The position numbers and the translations under genes were made by a program. DNA of 64,000 bases from Promethearchaeota archaeon (lineage in GTDB: Archaea; Asgardarchaeota; Lokiarchaeia; Sigyniarchaeales; SOKP01): positions 32,001 to 96,000 of the forward strand of contig JAEOTR010000035.1 of assembly GCA_016839705.1 (NCBI GenBank), written 5' to 3'. A model generated the notes under the pieces. That model saw only the letters and a list, made by a program, of their open reading frames with translations. It had not been told where the DNA came from and did no database searches. Positions within the stretch are counted from its first letter, which is position 1. Each line of letters begins with the position of its first letter. This document shows positions 50,696-61,251 of the stretch, piece after piece.

Positions 50696-53600
50696 TTATT
50701 CTTTTTTTAATAGATTTAATACTTTTTTCCTTCTTTCTTCTCTTCGTGCAGCGATTCGCGTCTTTAACATATCCATCTCAGTTTCATATGTTTTCTCTTT
50801 CGCTTTTAAATCGTCTTTACCAGATTTTCTCCCCAGTTTTTCCTGTAATTCTTCGATTTTTATATCAATTACATCAACATATTTCTTCCCAATTTTTAGA
50901 CTTTTAAGGTTAAACTTAGCCTCGTTTAATTCGGAAATAGATTTCATAACTCGATCATTTATTATTGAAATTTGCGCTTTATCTAATGCTTTATATACGG
51001 CTTCGAATTTATCAAGACTTTCAATCTCACTTAGAGGTTCTAGGGTAACCAATGGGATTTCCGCTTTATCTTTTATATCATTAATTACTTCTTCGATTCT
51101 CTTAATTTCTTCGTCTTTTGCTGATGTTTGTAACTTCTTTTCTTCCCTCTTTAACAAGAGTATTCCTTCATTATAATGTAAGTCATCGATAAAATTTTGA
51201 GCTCTCTCTAATTCTTTAAATATTTTTTTATCAAACTCTTCTTTAGCAAGCTTGCGTTTATCTTCTTTTTTCTGTTTTTTAAGTTCCTTTCGTTCTTTTT
51301 CAGTGTCTCTCCTAAATTTTTCCATCTGTTTTTCTTCTTCAGCTTTTTTCTTCTTAATAGCTTCAAGAGCCTCATATTGTTGTCTTTCTCGTTTAAGTTT
51401 AAAGAGAAGCTCATTATTTATTCGAGATACTTCCCGCTTCCAAGAAATTTTATTAAATAGTTTACGTGCTTCAATATACTTTTCATAAGCTTCTGGAAAC
51501 TTCTTTCGGTCCAGTAAAGAGGTTCCTTGTTCTAGAAGCCTAAAAGCTTCCTCTGAAGTTTCCTGTTCCCACTGCTTCTCACTCTGTATTCTTAAAAATT
51601 CCTTTCTCTTTTCTTCTTGTTGCAACTTCCTTAGTTCTTCAGCTTTCGCAAACGTCTCTTCTAATTTTTCCTCGATTTTCAGTTTTTCGATTCTTTCTTT
51701 CTCATTAATCGCTTGTTCAAGTTCAAAAGATTGTTGTCTTCTCTTAATCATAGCAATGGAATCTTTAACCATATGAATTCCTTCTTGCCAGCTTATTTCG
51801 GTAAATATTTCTTCACTTTCCTTATAATAATCAATAGACTTTTCAAAATTATTTAAGGCTAACTCATTTTTTGCTCTATCCATTAATGAAAATGCTTTAT
51901 CTTTTGCGGTTTCAAATTGAATTACTTTCTCTTCTTTTAAAAGCAGTGATTCTTTTCTTTGCTTAATTAACCTTTCTTCTTCTTCCTTTGCTTGTTTTAA
52001 CATCCGTTGTTGTCGTAATAATTCTTCATCTCGTTTTTCCACTTTTGCAATTTCTAACGCACGTAATCTGTTATCTTTTTCTTGTTTTTCCTTGTAAAAT
52101 TTTATTGTATTAATTAATTTCATAGATTCTTCTATCCAACCTATCTCTTCGAATCCTTTTCTAGCCTCGCGATAAATTTTAAAGATTTCCTCATATGGGG
52201 GTTCCTGATCAAAGATACCATCCTTAATCTTTAATTCATAGTCCTTTGCTAATCTCTCAGCTTTATGAATATCATTAAAAATAACTTCTGCTGCTTTATC
52301 TTTGTCTCTTTTAAATTTCTCAATTTCTAAAATCTTTTTCTCACGAGCAAGCAAATCTTTTTCAGTGCCATCCTTAGCATATTCTAATTCCATTACCGGT
52401 TTTTCTAATTTCTTTTTCTCTATTTGCCGTAATTTTTCATCCTTTTCCTTCTTTTCTTTATAAAATTTAATAGTATTTATTAATCGACTAGCCTCATCAT
52501 TCCATCCAATTTTCTGAAATGTTTTTTTGGCTTCTTGGTAATTTGAAATAGCTTTATCATAGGGACTGTTATATAATAGCACATCTGATTTGATACTTAA
52601 CTCATAATTCTTAACTAATTTTTCTGCTTCATCTATTAAATTCATAGCAGTATCCAATAAAATATCCTCTTCTTTAACCCCTTTTTCTAGTTCTCTTATT
52701 TTATCTGGTTTAACAGGTTTAAAATCTTCTTTAATTTTGTGCATATCCTCAATTTCTTTCTGTCGTTCTGCTTTTTTAGCCTCAATTTCCAGTAATTTTT
52801 CATATTTATCTAATTTTTCTTGGTAGATTTTAATCTGATTTGCATATACTTCAGCTTGTTCCTTCCAACCCCTTGCATAAACTTTTTCACGGATATCTTT
52901 ATAAATATCAATCACTTCAGAATAAGGAGTATCTTCCAAAATTTCACCTTTTCTCATCGCTTTTCTCATTGCGGTTTCATAGTCGTGAACTAATCCTTCA
53001 GCTCTATTGATATTTTCGGTTATATATTGTTCGAATTCCTCTTCTTCACCCTTTTTTCGTTCTAAAGATCTTAATTTTTCTTCCTCTCTCATAGATTCTT
53101 TTCCAACTTTATGCATTTCCTCGATTTCCTTTTGTCTATCTGCTTTTTTAAACTCGATCTCGAGTAATTTTACATGGTTCTCTAATTTTTCTTGATAAAT
53201 CTTAATTTGATTCGCATACATTTCAGCTTGTTCCTTCCAACCCCTTGCATAGACTTTTTCACGGATATCTTTATAAATATCAATCACTTCAGAATAAGGT
53301 GTATCTTCCAAAATTTCACCTTTTCTCATCGCTTTTCTCATAGCGGTTTCATGGTCGCGAACTAATTTTTCTGCCTTATTTACTGCATCTGATATAATAT
53401 TCTCAAATTCTTTTTCTTCTCTTTTTTGATCAATAGCTTTGAATTTTTCCTCGTCTACTTTAACTCTTTTTTCTATTTTATGCATTTCTTTGATTTCCAT
53501 TTGTCTTTGGATTTTTTGAGCTTCAATTTCACGTAATTTTTTATCCTTTTCCCATTTTTGAGAATAAAAATTTATCTGATTATTATAAGAAGCAACCTCA

Positions 53601-55630
53601 GTATGATTTTCTTTACTAAGTGACATTTGTTTTGCTCTTTCATAAATCCTAATAATTTCAGCAAATGGAGGATTATCAACTAATTTTCCTTTTCTTACTG
53701 CTTTTTTCATGGCTAAGTCATATTCACGTGCCATTGACTCAGCTTTGTTGACCATATCATTTATCAATTGTTCAAAATCTTCTTCTGTCTCTTCTTCACT
53801 AGATCTTACTTCAGATTTAATTAGTTTAGCTTCTTTTAATCCGCTTATTCCCTCTTCCTTTTGTATTTTTAACATATCATCCATTTCTTTTTGCTTCTGA
53901 GCTTTTTCAGCTTCAATCTCTCGTAATTTGTTATCTTTTTCCAGTTTTTCTTTGAATAATTGAATTTGGCTCAAAAAAATCGCAACATCAGTCTCCCAAC
54001 CTCTTTCCTGAGCCTTCTGCATTGCTGTTCTGAAATCATTTATAATTTCAGGATAGGGACATTTTATTTCAAACTTCCCCTTTCTTAATGCTACTTCGTA
54101 TTCTCTTGCCTCCTTTTCTGCTCTATTTGTTATTTCATCAATTTCAGATCTAAGTTGTTGTATTTCAATTTCTCTTCTACGTTGTTCTTCTGATGCTTTC
54201 AACTGAGGCTCAGTTTGAATAGGGATCTTTACATCTTTTTTAACCTTTAGATATTCTTCAACTTCCTTCTGTTTTTTTACTTTTTCAGCTTCAATTTGTC
54301 TAATTTTATTATCTTGCTCAAGTTTTTGATAGTATACTCCGATAGTATCATCATAAATGGCAGATTCACTTCCCCACCCCTTATCAATTAATAACTCTTT
54401 AATTTTTTCATAAATGTCAATCACTTTAGGGTAAATACATTCCTCAACTATTTCTCCTTTTTTGATTGCTTTCTGCATAGCCAATTCATATTCTCGAGCC
54501 ATACGTGAGGCCTCTGTGACCAGATTATCAATTTGAGCTTTGAAAAATTCATTCTCCATCCGTTGAATTTCTATTCCTTTTAGTCTCTTTAATTTTTCTA
54601 GGTTTTCTTGCTCTTCTCGGTCAATCGCTTCCTGTTCTATTAAATCTATAGATTCAATTTGAGTCTGAGGCTTTTCTTCCTTCCCCAATTTCTGTTCTTC
54701 CAATCGCTTTAAAAATGTTTGTTTTTCATTTTCTAATTGGTTTATTGTGTCTTGAACCTTCTTTACTTCATAGGTCCAGTGTAAATCTTCAAATAACTTA
54801 GCTCCTTCTTTATATAATTGTAAAGATTCATCGTACCGTTTGGTTCTAGCTAATTCCGATGCTTGTCCTAATATATCATAAGCTTTAGACGAAATTTCTT
54901 CTTCTTTTTTCTTAGAAATGAGGTACTGCTTCAATTTTTCTTCTTTTGGTTCTTCTTCAAGGGATTCTTTAATTTCTGATTCTTTTTCGACTTCTATTGA
55001 ACTCGATACTTTCTTTACACTCTGTAAAAATTCTGCTTTTTTATTATAACATTCCTCAATCAATTGAAATACCCGTTCAACACCCTCTGTATTATTGACT
55101 TCTTCAAATAGTTCAACAGTTTTATCATATTTATCAAGAGCTTCTTCGAACTGATTCGCTTCTACAAGATCGTTTCCATCCTTTATAAGTTGTTCAGCCG
55201 TTAGAAATACATCTACTTCAATTTCTTCTTGAATTGGCTCTGGTTCAACAATAGCATCTTTTACACCCTCAGAAATCTCTATCTTTTCTAATTCCACTGC
55301 ACCCTTTTCAGTTTCGATTTCACTTTCTCTAAAAACTTGTTCTTTGAGTAAATAAACTTCAGAAATCTTTTCGTTTATAGCCTTAATCTCGTCTCTTCTG
55401 TTAATTTGAGAATATAATCCAATAGCTTGACGTAAAACTTCAATACCATCATCAAAATATTTCGTTTCGATTAAATTGATTGCATGTTCAACTAACTCAT
55501 AAGCTTCAGTAGCAACTTCTTCTTCCATCTCTATTAAATCTGAAAAAAATGCTTCTTTTGTTGGATCAAATCCATTCTCGTCAAATTCTTGCTCAATATC
55601 CTCTTCCTTTCTCTCATCCATAAACTTCAT
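50696..55630 (-). CDS. Giant E/K-rich helical repeat protein (about 14 MIT/TPR-like modules)
   Basis: 1644 aa; recurring three-helix module with GW motif separated by charged linkers. Confidence 0.85.
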   Translation of the reverse strand: MKFMDERKEEDIEQEFDENGFDPTKEAFFSDLIEMEEEVATEAYELVEHAINLIETKYFDDGIEVLRQAIGLYSQINRRDEIKAINEKISEVYLLKEQVFRESEIETEKGAVELEKIEISEGVKDAIVEPEPIQEEIEVDVFLTAEQLIKDGNDLVEANQFEEALDKYDKTVELFEEVNNTEGVERVFQLIEECYNKKAEFLQSVKKVSSSIEVEKESEIKESLEEEPKEEKLKQYLISKKKEEEISSKAYDILGQASELARTKRYDESLQLYKEGAKLFEDLHWTYEVKKVQDTINQLENEKQTFLKRLEEQKLGKEEKPQTQIESIDLIEQEAIDREEQENLEKLKRLKGIEIQRMENEFFKAQIDNLVTEASRMAREYELAMQKAIKKGEIVEECIYPKVIDIYEKIKELLIDKGWGSESAIYDDTIGVYYQKLEQDNKIRQIEAEKVKKQKEVEEYLKVKKDVKIPIQTEPQLKASEEQRRREIEIQQLRSEIDEITNRAEKEAREYEVALRKGKFEIKCPYPEIINDFRTAMQKAQERGWETDVAIFLSQIQLFKEKLEKDNKLREIEAEKAQKQKEMDDMLKIQKEEGISGLKEAKLIKSEVRSSEEETEEDFEQLINDMVNKAESMAREYDLAMKKAVRKGKLVDNPPFAEIIRIYERAKQMSLSKENHTEVASYNNQINFYSQKWEKDKKLREIEAQKIQRQMEIKEMHKIEKRVKVDEEKFKAIDQKREEKEFENIISDAVNKAEKLVRDHETAMRKAMRKGEILEDTPYSEVIDIYKDIREKVYARGWKEQAEMYANQIKIYQEKLENHVKLLEIEFKKADRQKEIEEMHKVGKESMREEEKLRSLERKKGEEEEFEQYITENINRAEGLVHDYETAMRKAMRKGEILEDTPYSEVIDIYKDIREKVYARGWKEQAEVYANQIKIYQEKLDKYEKLLEIEAKKAERQKEIEDMHKIKEDFKPVKPDKIRELEKGVKEEDILLDTAMNLIDEAEKLVKNYELSIKSDVLLYNSPYDKAISNYQEAKKTFQKIGWNDEASRLINTIKFYKEKKEKDEKLRQIEKKKLEKPVMELEYAKDGTEKDLLAREKKILEIEKFKRDKDKAAEVIFNDIHKAERLAKDYELKIKDGIFDQEPPYEEIFKIYREARKGFEEIGWIEESMKLINTIKFYKEKQEKDNRLRALEIAKVEKRDEELLRQQRMLKQAKEEEERLIKQRKESLLLKEEKVIQFETAKDKAFSLMDRAKNELALNNFEKSIDYYKESEEIFTEISWQEGIHMVKDSIAMIKRRQQSFELEQAINEKERIEKLKIEEKLEETFAKAEELRKLQQEEKRKEFLRIQSEKQWEQETSEEAFRLLEQGTSLLDRKKFPEAYEKYIEARKLFNKISWKREVSRINNELLFKLKRERQQYEALEAIKKKKAEEEKQMEKFRRDTEKERKELKKQKKEDKRKLAKEEFDKKIFKELERAQNFIDDLHYNEGILLLKREEKKLQTSAKDEEIKRIEEVINDIKDKAEIPLVTLEPLSEIESLDKFEAVYKALDKAQISIINDRVMKSISELNEAKFNLKSLKIGKKYVDVIDIKIEELQEKLGRKSGKDDLKAKEKTYETEMDMLKTRIAARREERRKKVLNLLKKE
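52810..53357. repeat. Near-identical intragenic direct repeat, 372-nt (124-aa) period
   Basis: About 52810-52985 matches about 53182-53357 (ETAMRKAMRKGEILEDTPYSEVIDIYKDIREKVYARGWKEQAE twice). Confidence 0.92.
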
Positions 55631-55743
55631 CTTCTTTTTAAGGAAAATTAAGAATAAAATAACCTAAAAATTGATATTGTCTAAAATAAATGTAATGTCT
55701 ATTAATACTAGAAGTCATTAATCGAGAATAAAAATTTAAGTAA

Positions 55744-56136
55744 TCACTGTTCAAACTTTCCTAAATTCTTATTAAGAAAATCATCGCAAATTTTTCCGCC
55801 CTCTCTCGTCAAATTCCAACCATTAGCTTCTCTTTTCACTAGATTTAGATTCTCAATACTAGTCAATATTTGATGAACTTCCCCCTCATCTTTACGAATA
55901 TTAAAATCTACTCTAAGACTAAAAACTATTTCATCGATTGGGACTGCACCTCCAAGTTCGTCTTCCATAACACCTAAAGCAACAAGAACTTGATTTTGCT
56001 TAGTCATATCTGCGTCCATAGAAGTTTTCATCTCATCACGTAGCCATGGATTACTTTTAAGCATTTTCTTAATTGCTCGTTCATCACCATTTTGATAAAC
56101 AGCATCGAATTGCTCTCTAATCTTCTTCTTTGCCAT
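55744..56136 (-). CDS. Winged-helix hypothetical protein
   Basis: VPIDEIVFSL...VHQILTSIENLNLVKREANGWNLTREG. Confidence 0.75.
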   Translation of the reverse strand: MAKKKIREQFDAVYQNGDERAIKKMLKSNPWLRDEMKTSMDADMTKQNQVLVALGVMEDELGGAVPIDEIVFSLRVDFNIRKDEGEVHQILTSIENLNLVKREANGWNLTREGGKICDDFLNKNLGKFEQ

Positions 56137-56251
56137 AATTGAAGCACAATAAAATAAAGTGAGTGAAAAATTTGTATTAATTTATAACTAACTATAATAT
56201 AAATTTAGAAAATAAAACCTTTTATGATTAAGGGAAAAAAAGAAAATTATC

Positions 56252-56965
56252 CTAAATTTGCAAAAAACCTTCTACTTCTTCTTTAGAAGCCATATGAAAT
56301 TTTTTAGTATCACCCTTAATGTAGGCTATTCGTATATTTTCTTTAGTTGCTTCCTCATCAATAGCCTCTTTAAGTGCGGAGAGTGCCATACTAACAACTT
56401 CATCAAAAGGCATTTCTGCTTTATAATGTTCAACAAGGTACTCCCTTGCGGTTGCTTCACCATTCCCAAGTGCATAAGCTTTAAATGGTCTGTAAATACC
56501 ACTTGGTGAGGTTGTAAAAATATGCGTTCCCGAAGCGTCGATTCCAATGAGGAAGAATGCACAACCCCATGGACGCACACCCCCAAACTGTGTATATTGC
56601 TGTTTCAAGTCTGCGATAGTTTTTGCTAACATATTTAGTCGAACAGGTTCATCATATGTCAATCTAAATGATTGAGCTTGAACTCGCGCGTAGTTAATGA
56701 GTGCTCGTGAATCTGCATGCAAGCCTGATATAGCAACACCAATGTGTTCGTCAATTTGAAAAATTTTATCAATTGAATCAGCATCCATTAACTTTGATGC
56801 AACTTTAATCTGAGCCACCAAACACACATCATCCTTAGATTTTACAGCTACCGCTAGAGTTCCACGCCTTACTGCTTCTAAAGCATATTCTACTTGAAAT
56901 AAGCGTCCCTCAGGAGAAAATACTGTCAAAGCTCTGTCATACATTCGACCTTGTCCACCAAACAT
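56252..56965 (-). CDS. psmA: 20S proteasome alpha subunit
   Basis: YDRALTVFSPEGRLFQVEYA, GLHADSR, YTQFGGVRPWG. Confidence 0.97.
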   Translation of the reverse strand: MFGGQGRMYDRALTVFSPEGRLFQVEYALEAVRRGTLAVAVKSKDDVCLVAQIKVASKLMDADSIDKIFQIDEHIGVAISGLHADSRALINYARVQAQSFRLTYDEPVRLNMLAKTIADLKQQYTQFGGVRPWGCAFFLIGIDASGTHIFTTSPSGIYRPFKAYALGNGEATAREYLVEHYKAEMPFDEVVSMALSALKEAIDEEATKENIRIAYIKGDTKKFHMASKEEVEGFLQI

Positions 56966-57066
56966 TTTAATTCTAACCTTCTTTGTTTTTAAGATAATTA
57001 TAGATTGAACTTAGTTTTTTAAATGTATTAAAGAATTTTAATTTAATGTTTATACTAAATAAAATT

Positions 57067-57624
57067 TTAAATCTTTTGGGTACCCTTTAATATTGCTAAG
57101 GTTATTTCTTTAAATACAGGGCTAACATCAACATCTTCTTTGGCACTTGTTTCAAAATAAGCAAGAGCATTTATTTCATCCTTTAATGCCTCTCCTTCCT
57201 TTTCTCCGACTTCTCTACGGTCTATTAAATCAATTTTATTTCCTACTAACATACTTGGTTTGCCATCACCGATTACTTTCTCAACTTCACTCTTCCAAGC
57301 TAAAATGTTTTGAAAAGAGCTTCTCCTTGAAAGATCGAAAACGAACACAATGGCTGTTGCCCCTCTATAAAATGGGGGGCGTACAAAGCTGAAATGTTTC
57401 TGTCCTGCTAGATCCCAGATTTGGAGCTTAACAAGATAATTTGGGTATTCTTCTAATTCAACCTGCTTCGTGGAAAAATTTGATCCAATTGTCATAATAT
57501 AATTTTCTTTAAAAGTGTCCTCACAATAGCGTAAGACCATTGATGTTTTTCCTACTCCTCCATCCCCTACCACAACCACCTTGTATATAAATGACCTGAT
57601 AGATTTCTCAATAATTTTACCCAT
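57067..57624 (-). CDS. Rab-like small GTPase
   Basis: GDGGVGKT, TIG, WDLAGQ, NKID, ETSAK; KLQIW and FYRGA RabF-like motifs. Confidence 0.93.
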   Translation of the reverse strand: MGKIIEKSIRSFIYKVVVVGDGGVGKTSMVLRYCEDTFKENYIMTIGSNFSTKQVELEEYPNYLVKLQIWDLAGQKHFSFVRPPFYRGATAIVFVFDLSRRSSFQNILAWKSEVEKVIGDGKPSMLVGNKIDLIDRREVGEKEGEALKDEINALAYFETSAKEDVDVSPVFKEITLAILKGTQKI

Positions 57625-57887
57625 TCACCATTTTAGTTAATTTAATCAACCCATAACATGAATCTGTTCAAGTTTTTGGATTTAGCAAGTTTATTTTTGA
57701 AATAGTGAAATTTCCATGTTTGAGTAATTAATATTAATATAATAATTCTTACATAAAACTTCTTATATTAAATCTTTATTTTTTGAATCGGTTATTTATA
57801 AGACATTAATTAAATTACTTATGATAGAATTTTGATTTAATTTTAATTGCTTCAATGGTAAATTTATCTGAACAGTTTACTTCTTTT

Positions 57888-58754
57888 TTACCTATTAGCT
57901 TTTCCAGTTTGTTTTACAGTTTCAAGAAAATCAAGGACTTCATTTAAAAATCCCTCAGTATTTTCTATATTGGTCATGTGACCAAGACCAGTCATAATTA
58001 CATGCCGATTATCAGGGATCTCTTTTGCCATAATCTCGCTTCCATTTAGGAACACGATGTCAAATTCACCAATCAAGATTAGTGTAGGACACTTAATTTG
58101 TCTGAGTCCCTCAACCCTGGGATCTGGATCAGTGTAAAAAACACTACGGAACTGCATTATTGTTTGAGGATCCTGAACTCGTTGGACTTCTTTCCAGATG
58201 TCCCACATTTTTTCGCTATCAGGATGTTCCGCCATTTTAAACAAGTATTCTCCAGGATTTTGACGAGAAGCTTGTATTTTTTCATCAACAGTGGCGTTGA
58301 GAGCCCAATTTCTTAAAGCTTCTATTTTTTCCTCTGTGGGTGTTGGAGGAGGGTTCTTTATATAGTAGTCTGGTATTGTAGCTGACCCCGTATCAATAAG
58401 CATTAAGCTGATTAAACGTTCAGATCTAGTCATAGCATAGCGTACTCCAACCATTCCGCCAGTAGCATGAGTTAGGATGTGAAATTTATCAATCCCCAGA
58501 TGATCAGCAAGAGCGTCAAAATCACTTGCCATAGTGTCAGCATCATAACCATAAGGCTCGCCCTCTACAACTGTGCGACCGTGTCCTCTCATATCCATGG
58601 AAATCATACGATATTTTTCAGCTAATTTCGCGGTGACACCAGACTCGCTCCAATATATTGTATTTTCAGCTAATCCATGATTTGCGATTATAGCTTCCCC
58701 TTTTCCAACATCTTCATAATATAATTTTAAGTTTTCCTTTTCAAAAAAGGGCAT
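57888..58754 (-). CDS. Alpha/beta hydrolase fold protein with atypical nucleophile elbow
   Basis: NHG, DMRGHGRT, THATGG in place of GxSxG, GHMTNIE. Confidence 0.85.
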   Translation of the reverse strand: MPFFEKENLKLYYEDVGKGEAIIANHGLAENTIYWSESGVTAKLAEKYRMISMDMRGHGRTVVEGEPYGYDADTMASDFDALADHLGIDKFHILTHATGGMVGVRYAMTRSERLISLMLIDTGSATIPDYYIKNPPPTPTEEKIEALRNWALNATVDEKIQASRQNPGEYLFKMAEHPDSEKMWDIWKEVQRVQDPQTIMQFRSVFYTDPDPRVEGLRQIKCPTLILIGEFDIVFLNGSEIMAKEIPDNRHVIMTGLGHMTNIENTEGFLNEVLDFLETVKQTGKANR

Positions 58755-58974
58755 GATTATTCCTCTTTTTTACTAATTTCTTATTATTAGGTATTAAATT
58801 TTTTCTATTATTTATTATTTTTCAAGTTTGGATGAATTTCCGAGAGTCTATATAAATTTCTCCTTTAAAATTTCTTTATTTCACTAGACAACTATAACTA
58901 TAAACATACTCGATTTTTATTTATCTATTTACTAAGATTTAAAAATTTGAACTAGATTATCCATATGAAAGATA

Positions 58975-59603
58975 GTGATCGACTCCGAGGAAACAGCATT
59001 AGTAAATATGATTTGTCCTTACTGTAAAGAGAGTTTCAGAAAGCAAGTTGACTATCAAAAAAAGACTGGATTATTTATAATCTTAATAAAAAACCACCCT
59101 AATGGCGATGAATGTCCTCCATTTATTGCTTTTATTGATAATAATGGAAGACATCGAGGATCTCAAAAAATTGATAATGTAGATGAAGAAGAGACTATGA
59201 ACGGACAATTTCTAGAAAACGCTCGAAGTACTATAAATGAGCTAGAAGATACATTACGATTTTATCATTTAAAAGTACCTAGACGAGGGGAAGAGGATTT
59301 GATCACAAGGTGGCAAGTGTGAAAGATCGAACATTTATGAGTTCCAAATTCTATAAAAGATTAATTGATTTTTTAAGTGAGAATGAGAATGAAAACTCCT
59401 TCGGAATGATTACTTATGAAGGGGATAAAGAAATAGAAAGCGGTCTTCTTATATACGGGAAATATCTAGGGATGATATTTACAATGTTTTCGAAAGACCA
59501 AAAAGCAGTTTAGAATAAAACCTTAGATGAAGTAAAGGGATACTCTAATCTTACAGTTGAAAAGTTGTTAGATTTATATGATCTAATGGACTTCTTTTTT
59601 TAA
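58975..59603 (+). pseudogene. Split gene: Zn-binding N-terminal domain protein with a frameshift and an in-frame TAG
   Basis: One extra G in the G4 run at 59287-90 would join the two listed ORFs; after TAG 59511-13 the frame continues NKTLDEVKGYSNLTVEKLLDLYDLMDFFF to TAA 59603. Confidence 0.75.
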
Positions 59604-59798
59604 TGTTTGAAGTATATGACTTAATGGAATTTCCAGGATATAAGCTATGTATCATTGTTCTTTCAAATTTATGAATGATTAAAATGATACACTCTTAATT
59701 CTAAAAATATATGAATTTTACAAATAATATAAAAACTTTGTGCAATCCCTATATTTTTAATACATTTCTGTGATTATTTTATCAAATTTTATAAAAAT

Positions 59799-60197
59799 TT
59801 GGTGAAAAAAAGAATGGAAAGGGGAAATCAATATTATAGTGTAGAAGCAGATAAAGAGAAAAACAGAGTTAAATTTAGTATGACAGGAGACATTCCCGAT
59901 GTAGCCTCAATAAGTAACTTTGAATCAGATTGGAAAACCACGGTTGGTGAACTTAACTCTGGTTTCACAATTATTGGAGATTTAAGCGAGTGTGGACCAC
60001 TTCCACCTGATGTAGAAGCACTCAATCAAAAAACACAAGGCTGGATTATGCAACAAGGGTGTTCAAAAGTCGCACAGCTTGTTGGAGATCTAAATGTAAT
60101 GAGTCAAGTTAATGCATTTGCTGAAAAATCTGGAATGAGAGATATTCTACGAGCTTTTAATTTACGCAAGACCACTATAATGTGGCTAGATATGTAA
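59799..60197 (+). CDS. SpoIIAA/STAS-like hypothetical protein
   Basis: FTIIGDLS...GCSKVAQLV...RAF.....IMWLD pattern; start probably ATG 59814. Confidence 0.6.
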   Translation: MVKKRMERGNQYYSVEADKEKNRVKFSMTGDIPDVASISNFESDWKTTVGELNSGFTIIGDLSECGPLPPDVEALNQKTQGWIMQQGCSKVAQLVGDLNVMSQVNAFAEKSGMRDILRAFNLRKTTIMWLDM

Positions 60198-60288
60198 AAT
60201 AAGCTATATTAAAAAAATAAAAAAAAAAATTTTATTTATTATTATTTTTTTATTTTGTATTTAATTATTAATCAAGACATTTTCTATT

Positions 60289-60687
60289 CTATTGTACTTC
60301 AATATCATTCAAATCAATATATACAATTTTTCTGTTATCATCATCTCCTACTTCAACTTTTATGATTCTTTCATCAATTGATGGAGTACTAAATGGGAAA
60401 TCTTCTAATAATTTGTGATCTTGTTCCCCAATTTCAGTCTTTACTGGGGGGATATTGTCTTTAATCATCCCATTAATTATCTCTATAAAATCACTCTCAG
60501 TAATAGATGCAAATTTTAACCAATCATACGATCTTTTCATTTTTTCTGCTTCAATACGGTGATACATTCTATAATAAGCCCCTGGTTGAAAAGCACCGTA
60601 GAAATCATGAGGTGGAGCAGAAAAAGTATAGTTTTGGGACACATTTTTCATCCAGTTTCGTTCATGTTTTTTTACATTTTTGGGCAT
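60289..60687 (-). CDS. Hypothetical protein
   Basis: 132-aa ORF with GTGA SD-like motif. Confidence 0.6.
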   Translation of the reverse strand: MPKNVKKHERNWMKNVSQNYTFSAPPHDFYGAFQPGAYYRMYHRIEAEKMKRSYDWLKFASITESDFIEIINGMIKDNIPPVKTEIGEQDHKLLEDFPFSTPSIDERIIKVEVGDDDNRKIVYIDLNDIEVQ

Positions 60688-61251
60688 AATTATTCACATC
60701 ATTTTTCTTTTTTATGAAAACCAATCCAAGATCCAGTCTAAATTCACCATATTTCATACAATCACAAAATAACCCACAAATTTCGGATTGTTAATTTAAA
60801 TTATTAATTGGATCGGTAAATAAAATCAAGCAAATTCAAGTATTTAAATATTACCTTTTCACACGCTGTTCTTTTCAGAATATTTCGACAGTGGGTTTCA
60901 AAAAAGCAAAACTTTATAAATTATGCCTTCTTTACCACAATTAAGGTTAAAATCTTTTAATTTTCACCCATCCAATACATATTATTCTTTCATATTTAAA
61001 GATTGTTACATTCAACTCAACTTCTTACTATATACTATTTTTAACTAAACTAGAGTCAAATCATAGTTTGTTTACTCTTTTAATTTTATTTTTATTCACC
61101 TCCCTCGGTCCCTGTAGAATAACATTTCCTTTAAAAGAACAAACCTTTTTGAAAAAAGTAATGATCTTACTAAATTATTGAAGAATTGCATGTATTTCAG
61201 AAAATTGTCGGTGTATCTTTGCTTTATTGTAAAGAATCGTTACTTCATACA

